Below, piece after piece: positions 59,359 through 64,000 of a DNA stretch of 64,000 bases. Within the stretch, counting starts at the first letter, position 1; each line of letters begins with the position of its first letter. Origin of the DNA: Blastocladiella emersonii ATCC 22665 (Eukaryota; Fungi; Blastocladiomycota); contig JANHCV010000001.1 in assembly GCA_025594325.1 (NCBI GenBank), positions 992,001 to 1,056,000 of the forward strand, in the 5' to 3' direction. Made by a program: the position numbers and the translations under genes. Below the pieces are notes generated by a model. The model ran no database searches. It worked only from the letters and a program-made list of their open reading frames with translations, and was not told the origin of the DNA.

Positions 59359-60464
59359 ATGACAACGCTCTCATTCATCGGCAACGCGCTGATTGCGTTC
59401 GGCCCGGCCGTGGTCGTGTTCCTCGCCTACTTTGCGCGGCGCCCGTCGCTCGGCCTGCTCGTTCTCGCCAGGTCCGGCTTGCTGCCACCACCGCACACCC
59501 TCTCCCTCACCGGCCACCTCGCGCAAATAGCTCCTTCTTCGGCCTCGTCGCGCTGCTCATCACGTCGTCCATCTGGCTTCTCCTCCCGGGCCGCGCCGAG
59601 ATGCGGAGCCTCGACCCGACGAAATCGAGCTCGAGCGCGGCCGCGACGGGGGCTACGCTGACGCTCGTCGTCTCGGTCGTGGTGCAGGAGCTGGTGCGGT
59701 TCGGCAGCTGGCACCTGATCCGGATCGCCGAGGGCGGGATCATCCTGGCGTCCGAGAACCCGCGGTCCAAGCTGCACCGCGTCGGGGTCGCGGGTGCGTG
59801 CGGGTACGGGTTTGGGCTCGTCGTCGCCCTCGTCACGCACGTCCAGGCGCTCGCCGAGTCCGCGGGACCGGGCGTCCGGCCGAGCGCGACGTGTCCTGCT
59901 ATGCCCGCTGTGTTTCTCGGGAGTACGTTTCGCGGTTGCGTTGGGAGAGCGGAGCGCTGACCCGCCCGCGTGTAGGCATCCAGGTGATGCTCGGATTCTT
60001 CCACCAGCTGGCATGGACGATGCTGCTGTTCCACGCGCTGTTCCAGGGCGTCCCGGTGCCGGGGAGCAGCTCTCACGCCGGCGCGCGGGTCGCCGCGTCG
60101 CCGCCCAACAGCAACGGTGGCGTGTCGAACGCGTCGTCCTCGTCCGTCTCCTCGGCGAGCCCGGCGCTACAGCCCGTGCTCGGCGCGCCAGTCCCGACCG
60201 CGGGCGGGCCCGTGGTGCTCCGGCGGCCGGTCCTCGTCGCGTACGTCGTCGTGTCGCACTTTGTGGTCTCGCTCACGGTACGTTTCCCTCGCGCCACTCG
60301 ACGCGGGAACGTCACTCATATGAACACGATTGTAGTCGCTGCTGCAATCACCAAGCGTGGCCGCGAGCTGCGCCGCGCCGCCAGCCATCTCGGCCGCGAT
60401 CCTCGCGGTCTCGGCGGGGCTCGTGTGGACGTCGGTGCGGGCCACGGTTAAGAAGGTCGAGTAG
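59359..60464 (+). CDS. APH1: Gamma-secretase subunit APH-1 homolog, 4 exons
   Basis: FIGNALIAFGPAVVVF (cf. FGCTFVAFGPA); ASSFFGLVALLITSSIW; VSVVVQELVRF; GYGFGLVVALV (GxxxG); LAESAGPG; FFHQLAWTMLLF (His of TM5); VVSHFVVSL (His of TM6). Confidence 0.85.
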
Positions 60465-60572
60465 TGAGAGTGGGTGGAATGGATCTATCTAGCTGCAGAA
60501 CGCGACTGGGAGAGAGAGGGAGGAGCTGTACAAAGGAGACGGGTTGCGGGGGGAGGGAGGGATGGAAAGGTA

Positions 60573-61568
60573 TCACAATCTCGGCGGCGACGGCGCAGGC
60601 GACCGAGGTTCCGCTGGCGGCGGGGACGGCGCCGCCGGTCCGGCCCCGTCGCTCTCTTCCTCGTCCGTAGATGGTGGTGGTGGCCGCGACTCAGGCGCCG
60701 CAGCCGCAACCGCAGACGACGGCCCCGCAACATCGCTATCCGAATCAAACCCGCCCGACAACCGCGGCAGCGGCGGCGGCGCGACGGCGGTCCCGATGTC
60801 GTATCGGGGCAGCCCGTCCTCGATCCCGACAATCGCCTCGCCCTCGCGCGGCGGCTCGACGACGAGGACCACGAACCCCTTGCGCGTGGCCTGCTGCCAC
60901 GAGATGCGGCGCAGGTCCTCGTGCGACAGGACGTCGACGGCCGTCGCGGGCGACTGCGGCGACCCGGGCATCCCCGGCATCGGCGGGACCGCCGAGTGGC
61001 GCGCGCGGTGGAGCGCCGGCGACGAGCGCGGCGTCAGCGTCGACGACGCCGAGTCGCCTGAAGACACGCTGTCCGCGTCCGGCGACGCGGTGCGCGCGAG
61101 ACGGGCGGACGATGCAGACGCGGCCGCCATGCGCTGTGCGGCGGTCGGCGGCAGCGCGCCCGGCCCGTGGCGCAGGCGTAGCCACCACGACTGGACCTCG
61201 GCGACGAGCGACCGCGTGCAGAACCGCAGCCACACCATGGCGAAGACGGCCATGACGATGAGCACGAAGCCGCCGTAGATGAGGATGGCGACGGTTGATG
61301 TCGCGGTCCCGCTGCCGCTTCCGCCAGAAGATGGTGATGGCGCCGCGCCGTCGGTCGTGCTGCTGGGAATCTTGGGGTTGGGCGGCGCGCCCGTGCTGGT
61401 TGCGGGGAGCGGCGTAGCGTTACCGTTGTTGCTACTGTTGTTATCCATGTTGCTGGTCCATGGCGAGGAGGTCGGGGTAGCGGCAATGGGCGAGGCGAGA
61501 GCGTCGGTTGGCGTCGGCGCGCTCGCCGGGATCCCCTGCGCTGCGCCGGCCGTGTCGCGGAACGACAT
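60573..61568 (-). CDS. Single-TM protein with Ser/Thr-rich ectodomain and a cytoplasmic LPxY motif
   Basis: TM VAILIYGGFVLIVMAVFAMVWL followed by a basic stretch. EDGLPRYDI near the C-terminus. Single ORF of 331 aa. Confidence 0.6.
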   Translation of the reverse strand: MSFRDTAGAAQGIPASAPTPTDALASPIAATPTSSPWTSNMDNNSSNNGNATPLPATSTGAPPNPKIPSSTTDGAAPSPSSGGSGSGTATSTVAILIYGGFVLIVMAVFAMVWLRFCTRSLVAEVQSWWLRLRHGPGALPPTAAQRMAAASASSARLARTASPDADSVSSGDSASSTLTPRSSPALHRARHSAVPPMPGMPGSPQSPATAVDVLSHEDLRRISWQQATRKGFVVLVVEPPREGEAIVGIEDGLPRYDIGTAVAPPPLPRLSGGFDSDSDVAGPSSAVAAAAPESRPPPPSTDEEESDGAGPAAPSPPPAEPRSPAPSPPRL

Positions 61569-62370
61569 GGTCGGTGGTCGTGTGGTCGGCTACGCGTCGC
61601 TGAGCGTGGCGCAAGGTTTGACGGTGATGGCCGGCGATGAAGAGATGAGGCTGGAGGGGCGCGGCGCGCGCGACCAAGGGTGAGCGAGAGTGACGCGCTT
61701 CGCGCTGGCGGGTCCGGCCGCTCGGGACGGGTTGGTCGGGTAGTCGTGGGTGAAGGGTGGGCGACGTCGGTCGGTGATGGCCGCGTCGTCGTCAAGCTGG
61801 GCGTGGCGAAGCCCGGGTGATGAAGGTCGTGATCCAAGGAGAGAGGACCCGTCGGTCGCCCTTCCTCCTCTCCCCTCCCTCGTCCCCGCACCTTGGGCGG
61901 CGGCGGCGTCGCCCTGTGCGCAGCGTGCAGGGTCCGATGATGCGATGCGGGTGCAGGTTCCGCCGTGGTCCGTGCCGTGATTCATCGGCCCGCCCGCTGT
62001 GCCACACCTCAACCTTGTCCTCCACTCGACTCCTCACCTCACCGCAGTCAAGTGCGGTTAATCCCTGACGCTACCCGCGCCGCCCGCGATGCTTCGGATC
62101 CGCTCATCTGGAGGTCGCCGGGACGAACAAGGGAGCAGAGCACGCCATCGCGCGTGAAGTGCCGGCCATGGCCGCGGTCGCTGACCGCCGACGACGGCGG
62201 CGCCGCCGCCCAAGTGTGGCACAGCGCCCAACGCCGACCTTATCGATAACCGCTCCTCCTCTGTGCTTTCTCGCGACCCTTTTCGCTCGCGTGCCGCGTT
62301 TTCTCATTGGTCGAGCACCACATGATCGCGACGCAAGGGCTATATTTGGCGACTACGCGTGCTTCGCGGC

Positions 62371-63981
62371 TCAGTCGCGCGACGACACGGCGCGGTCGAC
62401 GCGGGCGCGGTCCCACGGGCAGAGGCCACGCGCCTCGAGGCGCGACCAGCACGCGGTGCAGATCTCGTGTCCGCACGGCTCGAGGACTACGGCAGAGCTC
62501 GTTGGTTAGTTGGTGGATGACGGCGAGGTGGTGGGATGAGGAGGCGTACCGAGATTTGGCGCGACGGCGCAGCAGATAGTGCACTTCTCGGGCGAAGCGG
62601 GCGGTGCTGGCGCCGGCGCTGGCGGCGGTGGAGCCGACGGGGATGCAGGCACGACGGTGGTGGTGGAGGTGGTCGACGCCAGACGCGTGTACCGCTCGCG
62701 AATCTCCTTGAGCTTGGCCTCGTACTCGGCCGTCGCCGCCGCGAGCTCCGCCATCATGGCCTCGGCCAGGTTTGCTGCTGGTGTCGCGGCTGGCTCGATC
62801 TGGGTGACGGCGGGGGTCGCGGGCTCGACGGGTAGGTTCACGGGCGCGGTATCCTCTTCGGCTCCGGTTGGCACCGCTTCGGGCGGCGGAGCCACTTGTA
62901 CAACAGCTGCTGGCCGAGGCGCGCTCTGGATCGCCTCCGCCAGCACATCGAGCGCGCTTGCGACGTCGCTGCCGCCATCCTCATTGACCCGCGACGGCAC
63001 CAGCTGCAGAAACACGGTCTCGGCGACGCAGAACGCGAGGAAACACGGCTCGTCGACGGGGTACTTGCGCCGCACGTCCGTCACGTCGGCGACCGAGAAC
63101 CGCCACGCGGCGGGCTGCGAGTCAAGGACCGAGGTGCCCGCGTACTCCAGGTGGCCGGTCTCGGTCACGGCAATCGAGCCCGCCGACGCGATGGGCGTGT
63201 GGCTGAAGCAAAGCGTCCACGCGATGCCGTCAGCTGCTGACAGTGGTGGTGCCGCGTCCTCGACGGCGACGCGGTACGCCGCGAGGCGCGCGAGCATTCG
63301 CTCCAGCGATTCCTCGGGCGTCTTTGAGTCGTCCTCAACCGTCTTCGGGTTGCCCTCGCGCAGGCTGCGCTCCTACGGTACGCCGTAGGTCAGCATCCAA
63401 TGGTCTCGCTTACGGCGACGCGAAGAAGGGAACCGTACAATGGCCTCGTCTAACTCGCACGCCTCCTCGATGGCCCGCGCGGGATCGTACCCGGACGGGT
63501 CCGCGTTGCGTCGTCGGGATGGAGTCGACGATGAAGCCTCGGTCGAAGACGACGAACCCCCAAAGATCCGCGCGAGGAACGCTTTCGCCTCCTCGTCGCT
63601 ATCCCGATCGCTGTCGCTGTCGCTGTCATACAGGTTGGTTGAAGCAGCGTTCGGTGCAGGATTGAGCGGCCACGTGCGTAATGGCAACGGCGGCAGCTGC
63701 GGGGATCCTTGTGAACTGTCGTCGCCCCCGTTGGCCCCGACCCGCCGCCGTTTCGCAGGAGAGGGCCCAGAAGCAGCCGACGCGGCCGCAGCGGATGCGG
63801 CAGCAACAGCAGCAACAGCAACGTCAACTGCAGCAGAAGTAGCAGCAGCAGCCGCGGCTACGGAAGGCGAGGCCCAGACGTTCCCCACGCCGTCGCGGTC
63901 ACCCTCGGCCACGCTCGACCACAGCCGCGCCCGCGAGCGCGTCGGCGTTGCCGTGACGGATTTGGGCGTCGATTGCTTCAT
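62371..63981 (-). CDS. RING-type E3 ligase candidate: UIM-like motif, PH-like middle region, coiled coil, C-terminal RING (C3HC3D); 3 exons, 5' end may extend beyond the window
   Basis: Spliced RING CTICCAVAPNL|VLEPCGHEICTACWSRLEARGLCPWDR, TGA at 62371. Intron GTACGG...CCGTAG(~63374) joins EACELDEAI|ERSLRE. Confidence 0.7.
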
Positions 63982-64000
63982 GTCATGCGTTGCATAGAGT

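Noticed and set aside
62400-62460. Apparent frameshift in the RING domain
   Set aside because: On careful re-reading the frame is intact (WSRLEARGLCPWDR).
1-63981. A functional ubiquitin-system gene cluster (SamB, F-box, HECT, RING, LPxY protein)
   Set aside because: Such genes are abundant in fungal genomes and are interspersed here with unrelated housekeeping genes. The HECT protein shows no WW domain to bind the LPxY motif.

Overview
Eukaryotic, very GC-rich and gene-dense window with many short spliceosomal introns (donors mostly GTACGN/GTGCGT, branch CTGAC/CTAAC, acceptors mostly ending GTAG). Fungal markers (NoxR, SamB/Mub1, Spo12-like) occur with centriole/cilium genes (CEP76-family, CCDC148) and genes absent from yeasts (APH-1, ZnT9/SLC30A9). 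This points to a zoosporic early-diverging fungus, probably Blastocladiomycota (inference). About 22 host genes can be modelled by hand. Most long ORFs in the supplied track are GC-rich antisense or off-frame shadows. Main observations: (1) a 2.9-kb non-autonomous element at 45028-47950 with ~120-bp TIRs and a 9-bp TSD, carrying a decayed internal fragment of the ATR/Mec1 kinase gene (Pack-MULE-like capture); (2) a 1037-nt LARP1 intron folded by nested inverted repeats that bring its effective length close to that of normal introns; (3) a tandem pair of divergent ~12-TM orphan membrane proteins with different intron positions and shuffled pseudogene fragments between them; (4) a lower-GC transposon block at ~48-55 kb with a truncated CMC/CACTA-like transposase, a perfect 36-bp palindrome and a 17-bp inverted motif at both edges. 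All homology calls come from motif recognition, not database searches.
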